Below, piece by piece: positions 12,113 through 23,744 of a DNA stretch of 51,636 bases. The DNA comes from Octopus bimaculoides (lineage: Eukaryota), in NCBI RefSeq assembly GCF_001194135.2, contig NC_068985.1, positions 29,944,378 to 29,996,013 of the forward strand. Direction: 5' to 3'. The notes under the pieces are model-generated. The model saw only the letters and a program-made list of their open reading frames with translations. It was not told where the DNA came from and did not search any database. Position numbers and translations under genes: made by a program. How positions within the stretch are numbered: the stretch's first letter is position 1; every line of letters starts with the position of its first letter.

Positions 12113-12381
12113 TATTGTTTTATAAATGACAATATATGTATTTATGTGCAACTATTAGCTTCATGTGCTGAGAGCATGCCAAACAGTGCGTTTTAACACG
12201 TCTGGTATCCTAGCATAATCATCATACACTGCCCATATGGCATAATTCGTTATAACATATGGGTAGCGTCTGATGAATGTGCTAGGATACCAGGCATGTT
12301 AAAAATCTCTGTTTGGTATGCTCTCAGCACATGAAACTAATAGTAGCACACAAATATCATACATTGTGTTTATCAAATAAT
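12113..12381. repeat. About 125-bp-arm inverted repeat (palindromic insertion, probably Penelope-derived)
   Basis: The left arm 12113-12239 is the reverse complement of the right arm 12256-12381 (for example cttcatgtgctgagagcatgccaaacag versus ctgtttggtatgctctcagcacatgaaac), with a 16-nt spacer. It is flanked by (TA)n and (TACA)n. Confidence 0.9.
12266..12349 (+). ncRNA. Type I hammerhead ribozyme-like motif with extended stem II
   Basis: CTGATGA at 12270-12276; stem II atgtgct/agcacat (12277-83 with 12326-32); GAAA at 12333-36; stem III a-c-t/a-g-t around an aat loop; GTA cleavage triplet at 12343-45; stem I gcgt/gcac with one mismatch (perfect gtgt in the mirror arm). Confidence 0.7.
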
Positions 12382-12445
12382 ATTTATCTGTCACTTTTTT
12401 GCTGCTCTTACCATCACGGAACAGTACACTATATGTATACATACA

Positions 12446-12477
<32 letters not shown>

Positions 12478-13125
12478 CATATATATATATATATATATAN
12501 NNNNNNNNNNNNNNNNNNNNNNNNNNNNNNNNNNNNNNNNNNNNNNNNNNNNNNNNNNNNNNNNNNNNNNNNNNNNNNNNNNNNNNNNNNNNNNNNNNNN
12601 NNNNNNNNNNNNNNNNNNNNNNNNNNNNNNNNNNNNNNNNNNNNNNNNNNNNNNNNNNNNNNNNNNNNNNNNNNNNNNNNNNNNNNNNNNNNNNNNNNNN
12701 NNNNNNNNNNNNNNNNNNNNNNNNNNNNNNNNNNNNNNNNNNNNNNNNNNNNNNNNNNNNNNNNNNNNNNNNNNNNNNNNNNNNNNNNNNNNNNNNNNNN
12801 NNNNNNNNNNNNNNNNNNNNNNNNNNNNNNNNNNNNNNNNNNNNNNNNNNNNNNNNNNNNNNNNNNNNNNNNNNNNNNNNNNNNNNNNNNNNNNNNNNNN
12901 NNNNNNNNNNNNNNNNNNNNNNNNNNNNNNNNNNNNNNNNNNNNNNNNNNNNNNNNNNNNNNNNNNNNNNNNNNNNNNNNNNNNNNNNNNNNNNNNNNNN
13001 NNNNNNNNNNNNNNNNNNNNNNNNNNNNNNNNNNNNNNNNNNNNNNNNNNNNNNNNNNNNNNNNNNNNNNNNNNNNNNNNNNNNNNNNNNNNNNNNNNNN
13101 NNNNNNNNNNNNNNNNNNNNNNNNN

Positions 13126-13171
<46 letters not shown>

Positions 13172-14529
13172 GTATGAGCGCGCGCATGTGCGTAATGTGT
13201 TTGCTGTGAGAAAAAAATTTTCGCAATTCCATGTTCCACTAAAAAAAAAAAAAATAGAAAACATTTTGGATCCCGCGTCCTACCACAATTTTCCCAGACC
13301 TCATTTGTGGGGCTTATACCCTACTGGTGTAGATGGAATGACAATGCGATTACGATAACACAGGACATAGTCTAGAGTAACCGAAATATCTTCTCTCATT
13401 GAGGAATATTTAGAGAAATTTTGATTCGACGTTCTCTGCCAACCACAACCAAGGAATCGAAGGATCTCAGTGAAACGAAGTCGAGTATCACTGAATCGGG
13501 AGGCTTCCTGTTAAAATAACAAGAAAGAAAAATCGACGTAAGGTGAGCGTTTTACTTCTGTGATGTTTAGTGTCGTTAATATAACGACGAAGTACAACAT
13601 TCTAACATTGAGCTATCGTACTAGAATTTTTTGAGAGGAATTTCTCGGGACTATGAGTAAACTGATGTATTTTATAATCCGTCACAATAGCGAAACTTCA
13701 ATTGAATAGGTCTACTTGTTGAATTGTTTAACAACCTAATACAAAAAATAGCTGAAGCGTCTAAGACAGTCTCAACATAGCCTTGTTCTGGTTTAAACAA
13801 ACGTCTTGAGGACAGGGTGGCTACCTTATTCTGACATTGCACTAAATCTAAATGCGAAGAATCGGTAAATCAGTATTGATTACTTTTGTTGTAAGTTCAG
13901 AGAACAGCATCTGTTGAAAGGGAGAGTATAGCTCAAAGTGACTCGTATACAGTCGTTCACTTGAATTTTGATTCATATTGTAATTAGTAGGTCAGTTGCT
14001 ACATCAAAATTTGAAATGAATCACGAATAGTGCTACATAGCACCAAGCATGGAACGAAAACTGGCAATGTCTGTAAGGAGGAAAACTTCATTACAGCTGA
14101 CAGTCGATCAGGGACCGGTTTGATAGCATTAGAACTGGAAATATATCCCATTAGACAAGGAACCTGGGTCATTGACCATAATACGTTGTTAAGGTTGCTT
14201 CAGGTATAACTTCTTGTGTTTAGCTTATCCATTTCTGTTTTAAATTATCCCAATATTCAAATTTATCATCAATTTTATCATTAGTAAATTACCTGGCACC
14301 GTTGCTTAAGAAGACAATATAATTCATGCAATTGGTAAGCCAATTCACGATATATGTTTGCTATAATTGCTATAAATGCTGGTTAAATACTTCATCAAAA
14401 TTAATGCTTCCCAGGCAACGAATTTGAAAAACACGTGACTGATAATTGGAAGCATTCGTATTTGAAATTGTAGTTGATCAGTGTTTTATGCAGTTACTCT
14501 TTATTTTTAATTTTCTTTCGGTGGTAATG

Positions 14530-14710
14530 GTGGTGGGGAAGTATTAGTCGATCCAATCAACTTCGGTACTTGACTGGTACTTTATTTTATCGACTCCCAA
14601 GAAGGCAAAAGTTGAGTCTGGTAGGATTTGAACTTAGAACATAAAGTGACAGAAGAAATACCACATGATATTTTGTCCGACGATTTATCGATTCCGCGAA
14701 ACTGCTGCTG
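14530..14710 (-). mobile_element. tRNA-derived SINE family A, diverged
   Basis: gactggtactttattttatcgactccc..ggcaaaagttgagtctggtaggatttgaacttagaac matches the family A reverse complement. Confidence 0.7.
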
Positions 14711-14902
14711 TTGAATTACCGTAATTACATTAATAATTATCCAATATACGCATCAAAACAAACGTCCTACTAAATAAATATAGCTCGGTAGCTCTTACGA
14801 TAATTTACCCATACTAATTTACACGTATCTTTCGTAATCTGTTGATTACCTCGACGAAGTTACATTCAACGCAGTGCCGTTTATCAACGCTGAATTAATA
14901 TT

Positions 14903-15119
14903 GATTTCAAATCTTTGGCACATGGCCAGCAGTTTTTGGGGAGGTTGGTAAATCGATTACCTCCATCCTAGTATTCAACTGGTACTTATTTTTTCGACTC
15001 CTTAAAGGTGAAAGGTTAAGTCGACTTCACCGGAATTTGAACTCAGAACATAAAGACGGATGAAATGTCGCTATGCTTTTTCTCCGGCGCACTAACGATT
15101 CTGCCGGCTCGCCGCCTTA
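14903..15119 (-). mobile_element. tRNA-derived SINE family A, full length, 12-bp TSD
   Basis: Complete head to tail (tail ...ggccatgtgccaaagatttgaa). Flanked by the direct repeat tgaattaatatt at 14891-14902 and 15125-15136. Confidence 0.9.
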
Positions 15120-15149
15120 AAAGTTGAATTAATATTACTAATTAAGTGA

Positions 15150-15360
15150 AGGCGGCAAGCTAAAAGAATCGTTAGCGCGCCGAGAAAAACAAATAGCGGT
15201 ATTTCGTCTGTCTTTATGTTCTGAACTCAAATTCCGCCGAGGTCGACTTTGCCTTTCATTCTTTCGGGATCGACAAAATGACTACCAGTTGAGTACTGGG
15301 GTCGATGTAATCGACTTACCACCTCCCCCAAAATAAATGGCCTTGTGCCAAAATTTGAAG
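15150..15360 (+). mobile_element. tRNA-derived SINE family A, full length, 15-bp TSD
   Basis: Head ggcggcaagct...gaactcaaattccgccgaggtcgactttgcctttcattctttcgggatcgacaaaatgactaccag; the body resembles the Meta-type SINE central domain (from memory). TSD tattactaattaagt at 15133-15147 and 15365-15379. Confidence 0.9.
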
Positions 15361-15679
15361 CTATTATTACTAATTAAGTAATTAATGCAGATAAGCGCAA
15401 ATGATAAATCTGGTGAATGAAAATAAATAAAAAAAGAAGATTTATTTCTTGATACAAAACCAAAGCAAACACTTAATAAGGGTTTAAATTACAATTACAG
15501 AATAAATCTTAAGACTTTCAAACACAAAATTTCATTAAAATCCTTGCAGAATCACATTTTGCTTCTCATCTGTACTGAATAAACTTTCAATAACCATTAA
15601 GGATGAATGATATCATCGTCGTATTCTTTTCATCGCCGTTGATCGACGCCTGTGATTATATGTTGCATATCATCATATC

Positions 15680-15725
15680 TTGTTGTTATTGTTGTTGCAG
15701 CAGCAGCAGCTGATGCTGCTGCTGT

Positions 15726-15801
<76 letters not shown>

Positions 15802-15905
15802 CTTCTTCTTCTTCTTCTTCTTCTTCTTCTTCTTCTTCTTCTTCTTCTTCTTCTTCTTCTTCTTCTTCTTCTTCTTCTTCTTCTTCTTCTTCTTCTTCTT
15901 CTTCT

Positions 15906-15935
<30 letters not shown>
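15680..15935. repeat. Compound trinucleotide microsatellite (GTT/GCA/GCT/GAT)-(CTT)n-(CGT)n
   Basis: Directly visible. It generates the poly-L/V/K/T ORFs in the track. Confidence 0.95.
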
Positions 15936-15936
<1 letters not shown>

Positions 15937-16214
15937 CCCTCCCTCCTCAGATATTCATCATCTCTACCATGAAGTGCATTCGAAATTCCACGTCTCTCGA
16001 ATGATTTGGATAATAATGTCAGCTTTTTATTTCCTTTCATCTTTTGTGCAATATTTTATTCTCCATCACGCATCCAGTCACTCCATTCCAACCACGAACC
16101 AATATCACTCACTCACTCACTCACTCACCACCATCACCACCACCACCACCACCACCACTTCCACTTCATGTACTTAATTGACTTATTGATACTATCATCT
16201 AATGATTGCAAAAT

Positions 16215-16830
16215 ATTTGCAAGTCTGTCAGTAATTTACCGCCTTATACATTGCTTTATGACCGGACGTTATCAACAACGCTCTTCTCCAGATATGACCT
16301 AAGCTGATCCCAGACGAGCAAACTCTTTCTTTTGCAGTGCACAAGGTTGTAAATTCCAAACTTCATTTAACCGTTTTCTTCCATCCAACTTTGTGCTTGT
16401 TCATGTACGATAATTCCTTTTGGAAATCTATCCTTGGCATAGATTTTTCTCTTAAAAACAATTACTTTTCATATAAAATATCCTCTGTCACATAAGCAAG
16501 AATTTTTCATCAGTACTATTTGGATCACAGTTAGTTTTCTCTGGCACGTTAAGATTAAGAGACGTTTCATTCTAGTTTCCAACGCATGATAATCTGTAGC
16601 AATTTTCCCGCTGATTTCTGATTATACAAGTTTAGTCAAACGTTAATATTTTATTTAGGACATTGGGCGGCTTTTATGCAAACTTTGTTCTTTGCAAAAC
16701 TTCTAAATCATACTTACATATGAACTCTGTGCACCCTCCGGTACTTTCCTTAAAATCCCAAAATTCCGTCTTTCTTGGGTCGCTTTTACACATAGATTTG
16801 AATAACACCACGAGTTACCCATTTTTAATC
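16215..16830 (-). mobile_element. pogo/Tigger-like (DDE_1) transposase remnant
   Basis: The minus strand reads RKLTV...VIVFKRKIYAKDRFPKGIIVHEQAQSWMEENG...SLLVWDQLRSYL, matching pogo VIFKRK...KGWMD...LLVWDxFRxH. Stops and frameshifts present. Confidence 0.85.
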
Positions 16831-17297
16831 TTGATGATTTTCAAGTAGCCCTACTCGGAAAATTTCTTCTCCAATTGTATCCACTCAGTCAATGTTGTTG
16901 ACAGTTATACTTAAGGCTACGGCCTTAATTAGGTCAGTCAGAGTTGTCTCTCTTCGATATTTCCTATTATAACGGCTAAAGAGCTAGAAAAGCGTCTAGG
17001 AATCTGACAGGAGCAGCATTGGACAAATATGGTGTTTTTACAGCCTTTTACCGTAAGACAGAATTTGTTCTGCACGGTAACTGAAGTGAATTAGCCTTGA
17101 AAAGTAGAATCATTTCACAAACTTATTTTAACTACGCGTACGGGAAAACCTACATTATCACTTCCGTCGGGAGCTTATATGCCCCAATATTAGATTATTT
17201 CCTTTAGCTATTATTGCACAGCGATCGCTTATAAGCTTATAAAATACTATCATTATTATTTACAGAATAATGTATGTATGTATGTATCTCTCTTTTC

Positions 17298-17353
<56 letters not shown>

Positions 17354-18659
17354 NNNNNNNNNNNNNNNNNNNNNNNNNNNNNNNNNNNNNNNNNNNNNNN
17401 NNNNNNNNNNNNNNNNNNNNNNNNNNNNNNNNNNNNNNNNNNNNNNNNNNNNNNNNNNNNNNNNNNNNNNNNNNNNNNNNNNNNNNNNNNNNNNNNNNNN
17501 NNNNNNNNNNNNNNNNNNNNNNNNNNNNNNNNNNNNNNNNNNNNNNNNNNNNNNNNNNNNNNNNNNNNNNNNNNNNNNNNNNNNNNNNNNNNNNNNNNNN
17601 NNNNNNNNNNNNNNNNNNNNNNNNNNNNNNNNNNNNNNNNNNNNNNNNNNNNNNNNNNNNNNNNNNNNNNNNNNNNNNNNNNNNNNNNNNNNNNNNNNNN
17701 NNNNNNNNNNNNNNNNNNNNNNNNNNNNNNNNNNNNNNNNNNNNNNNNNNNNNNNNNNNNNNNNNNNNNNNNNNNNNNNNNNNNNNNNNNNNNNNNNNNN
17801 NNNNNNNNNNNNNNNNNNNNNNNNNNNNNNNNNNNNNNNNNNNNNNNNNNNNNNNNNNNNNNNNNNNNNNNNNNNNNNNNNNNNNNNNNNNNNNNNNNNN
17901 NNNNNNNNNNNNNNNNNNNNNNNNNNNNNNNNNNNNNNNNNNNNNNNNNNNNNNNNNNNNNNNNNNNNNNNNNNNNNNNNNNNNNNNNNNNNNNNNNNNN
18001 NNNNNNNNNNNNNNNNNNNNNNNNNNNNNNNNNNNNNNNNNNNNNNNNNNNNNNNNNNNNNNNNNNNNNNNNNNNNNNNNNNNNNNNNNNNNNNNNNNNN
18101 NNNNNNNNNNNNNNNNNNNNNNNNNNNNNNNNNNNNNNNNNNNNNNNNNNNNNNNNNNNNNNNNNNNNNNNNNNNNNNNNNNNNNNNNNNNNNNNNNNNN
18201 NNNNNNNNNNNNNNNNNNNNNNNNNNNNNNNNNNNNNNNNNNNNNNNNNNNNNNNNNNNNNNNNNNNNNNNNNNNNNNNNNNNNNNNNNNNNNNNNNNNN
18301 NNNNNNNNNNNNNNNNNNNNNNNNNNNNNNNNNNNNNATATATATATATATATATATAATTTCCTTATTTTCTGACACGAGAGCCGTCCAGAAAGTGAGG
18401 AAAACCTCAACTCATGTGAATTACTCGATTTCTCAAGTGATAGATGATTGACGAAATGATAAGTCAATATTAGCAGGAATTGAACGCAAAACCAAGAGGC
18501 AGAATACGTATAATCTGCACTTTCCCACCCCTCCTAGCTTTTTCCGCTGCAACAACCCCCTCCCATCCCCTAGTTCTTCTTCCAACCAAATCTTCATAGC
18601 AGACTAAACTGAAGAACTCATCAAAATTTATTTTGCCTTTGAAGTTTTAGAAGTCTTCA

Positions 18660-18728
18660 TAGTTTCTTTATTCTCTTTCTTCTGGTCTCCTTTTTCTTTA
18701 ATTCTTTCTTTCTCTGCCTTTCTTTATT

Positions 18729-18759
<31 letters not shown>

Positions 18760-19150
18760 CTGCCTTTCTTTCTTTCTTTCTTTTTTCTATTTGATTTCAT
18801 TTTTACTTGTCCTTTTCCCATTCTTCTTCTCTTCCTCCTCCTCTCTTCTTCTTCTTCTTCTTCTTCTTCTTCTTCTTCTTCTTCTTCTTCTTCTTCTTCT
18901 TCTTCTCCTTCTTCTTCTGGCCTTTCATCGTTACCTTTTCTTCCCTTGTCCCTTCTATCACCGTCACATTCTACCTCTGTCCCCTCTCTTCGTCATTGCC
19001 TCTCTTCCTTTCTGTTCTTCTTCCTTTCTTCCTTTCCTTCTCCCATTCTTTCTCTTTTCTTTTGTGCCTTCTTTCTCTTTCTCCTCCCCCCCTTCCCTGT
19101 CCTTCCACCGTTTCTGCCTTACTTCCTCTCTCTTCTCCACCCCCACTTAC
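18660..19150. repeat. Polypyrimidine tract with (TTTC)n and (CTT)n
   Basis: About 490 bp that is nearly all C/T on the + strand. Confidence 0.9.
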
Positions 19151-19431
19151 ACTTACCTCGAATAATATAAATTTTTTTTGACTTTCTTAAACGAAATTCC
19201 TTTGAACTCCGGAACAATCTTCCTTGTATTGTTCCATTCAATCCAAATCCACTCTGGCTGTATGCATGCATACATGCATGTATCTATGTATGTATGTGTG
19301 CATGCATGTATGTATGTATGCATGCATGCATGCATCTATGTATGCATGTATGTATGCATGCATGCATCTATGTATGTATGTATGTATGTATGTATGTATG
19401 TATGTTCTATGAAGCTATGTGCGTATGTACT

Positions 19432-19502
<71 letters not shown>

Positions 19503-19839
19503 NNNNNNNNNNNNNNNNNNNNNNNNNNNNNNNNNNNNNNNNNNNNNNNNNNNNNNNNNNNNNNNNNNNNNNNNNNNNNNNNNNNNNNNNNNNNNNNNNN
19601 NNNNNNNNNNNNNNNNNNNNNNNNNNNNNNNNNNNNNNNNNNNNNNNNNNNNNNNNNNNNNNNNNNNNNNNNNNNNNNNNNNNNNNNNNNNNNNNNATAT
19701 ATATACAGAGATTCATATATATATATATTTATATATACACATATATATACACACATTTATTTACATATTTATGCACACACACATACACACACATATACAC
19801 ACACATAAGCAGGTATATAAGAATGGCTAATTAGGTATA

Positions 19840-19858
19840 TGTCTATGTTACTGTAGAT

Positions 19859-19949
<91 letters not shown>

Positions 19950-20294
19950 ATCTATGTATGTATATGTATATATGTATGTATGTATGTTAAGGGCGTGCAG
20001 CAGTACGTTTTGCACAACTCGGTGCACGTATATATATGTGTAGGTATAAATGCATCCATGTTTAGGTGTATATGTATGCATGTATAGATGCATATACATG
20101 CATATATATATGTATGTATATGTATTATATGTATATATATATATGTACATACATACATTTATATATATAAATATATACATATACATATATGTGTATGTAT
20201 ATAAATATACACATAAATATGTACATATACATATGTATATGCATACATATATATATACATATATATGTAGTATATACATGTGTATGTGTGTGTA

Positions 20295-20352
<58 letters not shown>

Positions 20353-20391
20353 GTGTATGTATATATATATATATGCACACACACACACACA

Positions 20392-20422
<31 letters not shown>

Positions 20423-20450
20423 TCATATACACATAGACGCACATAAACAC
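19840..20450. repeat. Degenerate (TA)n/(TG)n/(TATG)n microsatellite field
   Basis: Directly visible; source of the YI/HT/CV ORFs. Confidence 0.9.
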
Positions 20451-21059
20451 AAACGTATGGATGTTTGTGCGAGTAATAGTGTAAAGGTGTGCGAGTATGT
20501 GTGTTTGCGTATGTGTATGTTCCTGTTTGTGTGCGCGCATGCGTGTGAACGAGAGTTTGAGCTTTGCTGTGCGTGTATACATGAAAAAGCATGTCTGATT
20601 GCTTGCCTTCATGCGTGTGGAAGCGTTGCGTCTATGCGTAGTGTAAGGTAAAGCGTACGCTTTGCCTTTTTGACTGCGCATGAAAACGGATATATGGAAG
20701 CATGCATACATGCATGCATGTATGTATGTATGTATGTATGTATGTATGTATGCCTGTGTGGATGGATGAGGAAGGGGGGGGAGTGTGGTTTGGACGGTCG
20801 GCCTGTCGGTCGGTCGGCCGATGTCTCGGTGGGTCGGTGAACGGTACAAAAGATAGAGGGTAGAGGTGGGATGGTGGGCTCATTTTAAGCAATACAAAAT
20901 GCGCTTTTTCTTCAAAAGAATATATTTAAGTAGAATACCGCTTATGCAAGCTAACATTAATATTTAATCTGATTACGAAATATCAGAAGTTTGGAGATCA
21001 AAGGATGGTGAAATAGTGAAATATCTTGTTTATATGAATGGTTATATATATATAATTAT

Positions 21060-21105
<46 letters not shown>

Positions 21106-21859
21106 ATGTACGCACGTATGCATGAAAGTATGTATGTATGTATGTATGTATGTATGTATGTATGTATGTTAGTTGTGTGCGAGTGTGAAAACTTAAGAAA
21201 AGAAGCTTGGGGTAGATGGGATTTTCAGGGAATATATTTGCGGGTGGGAAAACATTTCTCTGCGCTTTTATTTATTTATTTGTTTTTTTTTTGTTTTTTT
21301 TGTGAGGTTACATCCTGAAGTAATCTACATGAACTATCCTTTGGTACATTATTGTACGTNNNNNNNNNNNNNNNNNNNNNNNNNNNNNNNNNNNNNNNNN
21401 NNNNNNNNNNNNNNNNNNNNNNNNNNNNNNNNNNNNNNNNNNNNNNNNNNNNNNNNNNNNNNNNNNNNNNNNNNNNNNNNNNNNNNNNNNNNNNNNNNNN
21501 NNNNNNNNNNNNNNNNNNNNNNNNNNNNNNNNNNNNNNNNNNNNNNNNNNNNNNNNNNNNNNNNNNNNNNNNNNNNNNNNNNNNNNNNNNNNNNNNNNNN
21601 NNNNNNNNNNNNNNNNNNNNNNNNNNNNNNNNNNNNNNNNNNNNNNNNNNNNNNNNNNNNNNNNNNNNNNNNNNNNNNNNNNNNNNNNNNNNNNNNNNNN
21701 NNNNNNNNNNNNNNNNNNNNNNNNNNNNNNNNNNNNNNNNNNNNNNNNNNNNNNNNNNNNNNNNNNNNNNNNNNNNNNNNNNNNNNNNNNNNNNNNNNNN
21801 NNNNNNNNNNNNNNNNNNNNNNNNNNNNNNNNNNNNNNNNNNNNNNNNNNNNNNNNNAA

Positions 21860-22060
21860 AAGTCTAAGCTAAGAGCATTAGACTCCTTTGTAAGAAAGCT
21901 AGTAAATGTGTACGGCAACAAAGACACAAAACGGAGAACATGTTACAGAAAAAGACGAAAATGGGAGAACATGGTACACAATTACGAATACAAACAACAA
22001 GAAAATAACAACAGGTGTCTGAGAACGAATCAAATTGAGCTGGAGTGTATGAAGTGAAAG
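21860..22060 (+). mobile_element. Possible non-LTR (R4-like) RT C-terminal fragment
   Basis: KSKLRALDSFVRKLVNVYG resembles the ELRALDRKTRKLLTMxG segment. It is short and abuts a gap. Confidence 0.35.
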
Positions 22061-22639
22061 CCTAAAGGCAGGAACATATATAAGCAAGTATGTATGCATG
22101 CTTTCATATCTTTATACATGGATGTATACCTATTTCTTAAAATACATCGAGTAGAATTTTCGGAGAGTAGTTAAAGAAAGTGCTCAATATATTTGTGTAT
22201 AGTGTCTGTGTCAATATATTTGTTTACAGAATAAATTTTTCAGAGTTTAGATACTATAGATGAGATAAAATTGAATATCTCTCTCTCCCCCCTCTCTCTC
22301 TCTAGTCAGCAGGCGTGATTCAGAGATGCTCAAAAGAGAAAAAACACATGATAGTGCTCTATTGATTTAAACTTACACTCCAAAATCTTTACCGTGGACT
22401 AAGTCCGCTGAGTAAAGAGTAGCTATAAGAGGAATGAAGTTGAGCTAAAATATGCATGCATATATATGTACATCTACACACATACACACACATATATATA
22501 TATATAGAGAGAGAGATAATCAAAAACGGAAAATATTCATTCATTTATAATTATATAGATATTTATATATTTACAGAACATATTGATATAAAATACAAAC
22601 AATACAGAAAATTAAGGGAAAACGTCATGGTATTTCGGA

Positions 22640-22833
22640 TCTGATATCTGTTTCTGGGGGCTCGGAATTACGTAATAGTCGTGATGTTGGCAGGTGGATG
22701 TTGGCAGGTGGATGTTGGCAGGTGGATTACTGGTTAAATATCATTGACTTACTGGTTACATATCCTTGACATACGCCATGTGCTAATATTACAACTATCA
22801 CGTAATTCCGAGCCCCCAGAAACAGCTGTCGGA
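22640..22833. repeat. MITE-like inverted repeat with an internal 14-bp tandem repeat
   Basis: Perfect 25-bp IR ctgtttctgggggctcggaattacg (22648-22672 with 22801-22825), extending imperfectly to about 50 bp. Three copies of gatgttggcaggtg lie inside. Confidence 0.8.
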
Positions 22834-23100
22834 CCCCAAGTACCAAGACATCTCCCCTTAGTTTTGTGTATTTTCTGTACTCCGTGTAAATCTGTTCTGT
22901 AAATATATAAATGTACTTTTATGAAAATGATCATCTGTATATTTTCAGTTCTTGTTTCTCTCTATATATATCCCCATATATATTTATTTGTACTTATGTA
23001 TATATATTTTATATATCAAGCCTAGGGGGTCTTTATTTGTTTATTTGCATCATTATCTTTATTTCTGTCTGTCTTACTTCCTTTCTCTCTCTCTCCCTCT

Positions 23101-23163
<63 letters not shown>

Positions 23164-23681
23164 NNNNNNNNNNNNNNNNNNNNNNNNNNNNNNNNNNNNN
23201 NNNNNNNNNNNNNNNNNNNNNNNNNNNNNNNNNNNNNNNNNNNNNNNNNNNNNNNNNNNNNNNNNNNNNNNNNNNNNNNNNNNNNNNNNNNNNNNNNNNN
23301 NNNNNNNNNNNNNNNNNNNNNNNNNNNNNNNNNNNNNNNNNNNNNNNNNNNNNNNNNNNNNNNNNNNNNNNNNNNNNNNNNNNNNNNNNNNNNNNNNNNN
23401 NNNNNNNNNNNNNNNNNNNNNNNNNNNNNNNNNNNNNNNNNNNNNNNNNNNNNNNNNNNNNNNNNNNNNNNNNNNNNNNNNNNNNNNNNNNNNNNNNNNN
23501 NNNNNNNNNNNNNNNNNNNNNNNNNNNNNNNNNNNNNNNNNNNNNNNNNNNNNNNNNNNNNNNNNNNNNNNNNNNNNNNNNNNNNNNNNNNNNNNNNNNN
23601 NNNNNNNNNNNNNNNNNNNNNNNNNNNNNNNNNNNNNNNNNNNNNNNNNNNNNNNNNNNNNNNNNNNNNNNNNNNNNNNNN

Positions 23682-23735
<54 letters not shown>

Positions 23736-23744
23736 TGAAAGCCT

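Noticed and set aside
22680-22725. Short direct-repeat arrays as CRISPR-like structures
   Set aside because: The repeats are contiguous with no spacers, and the context is eukaryotic.
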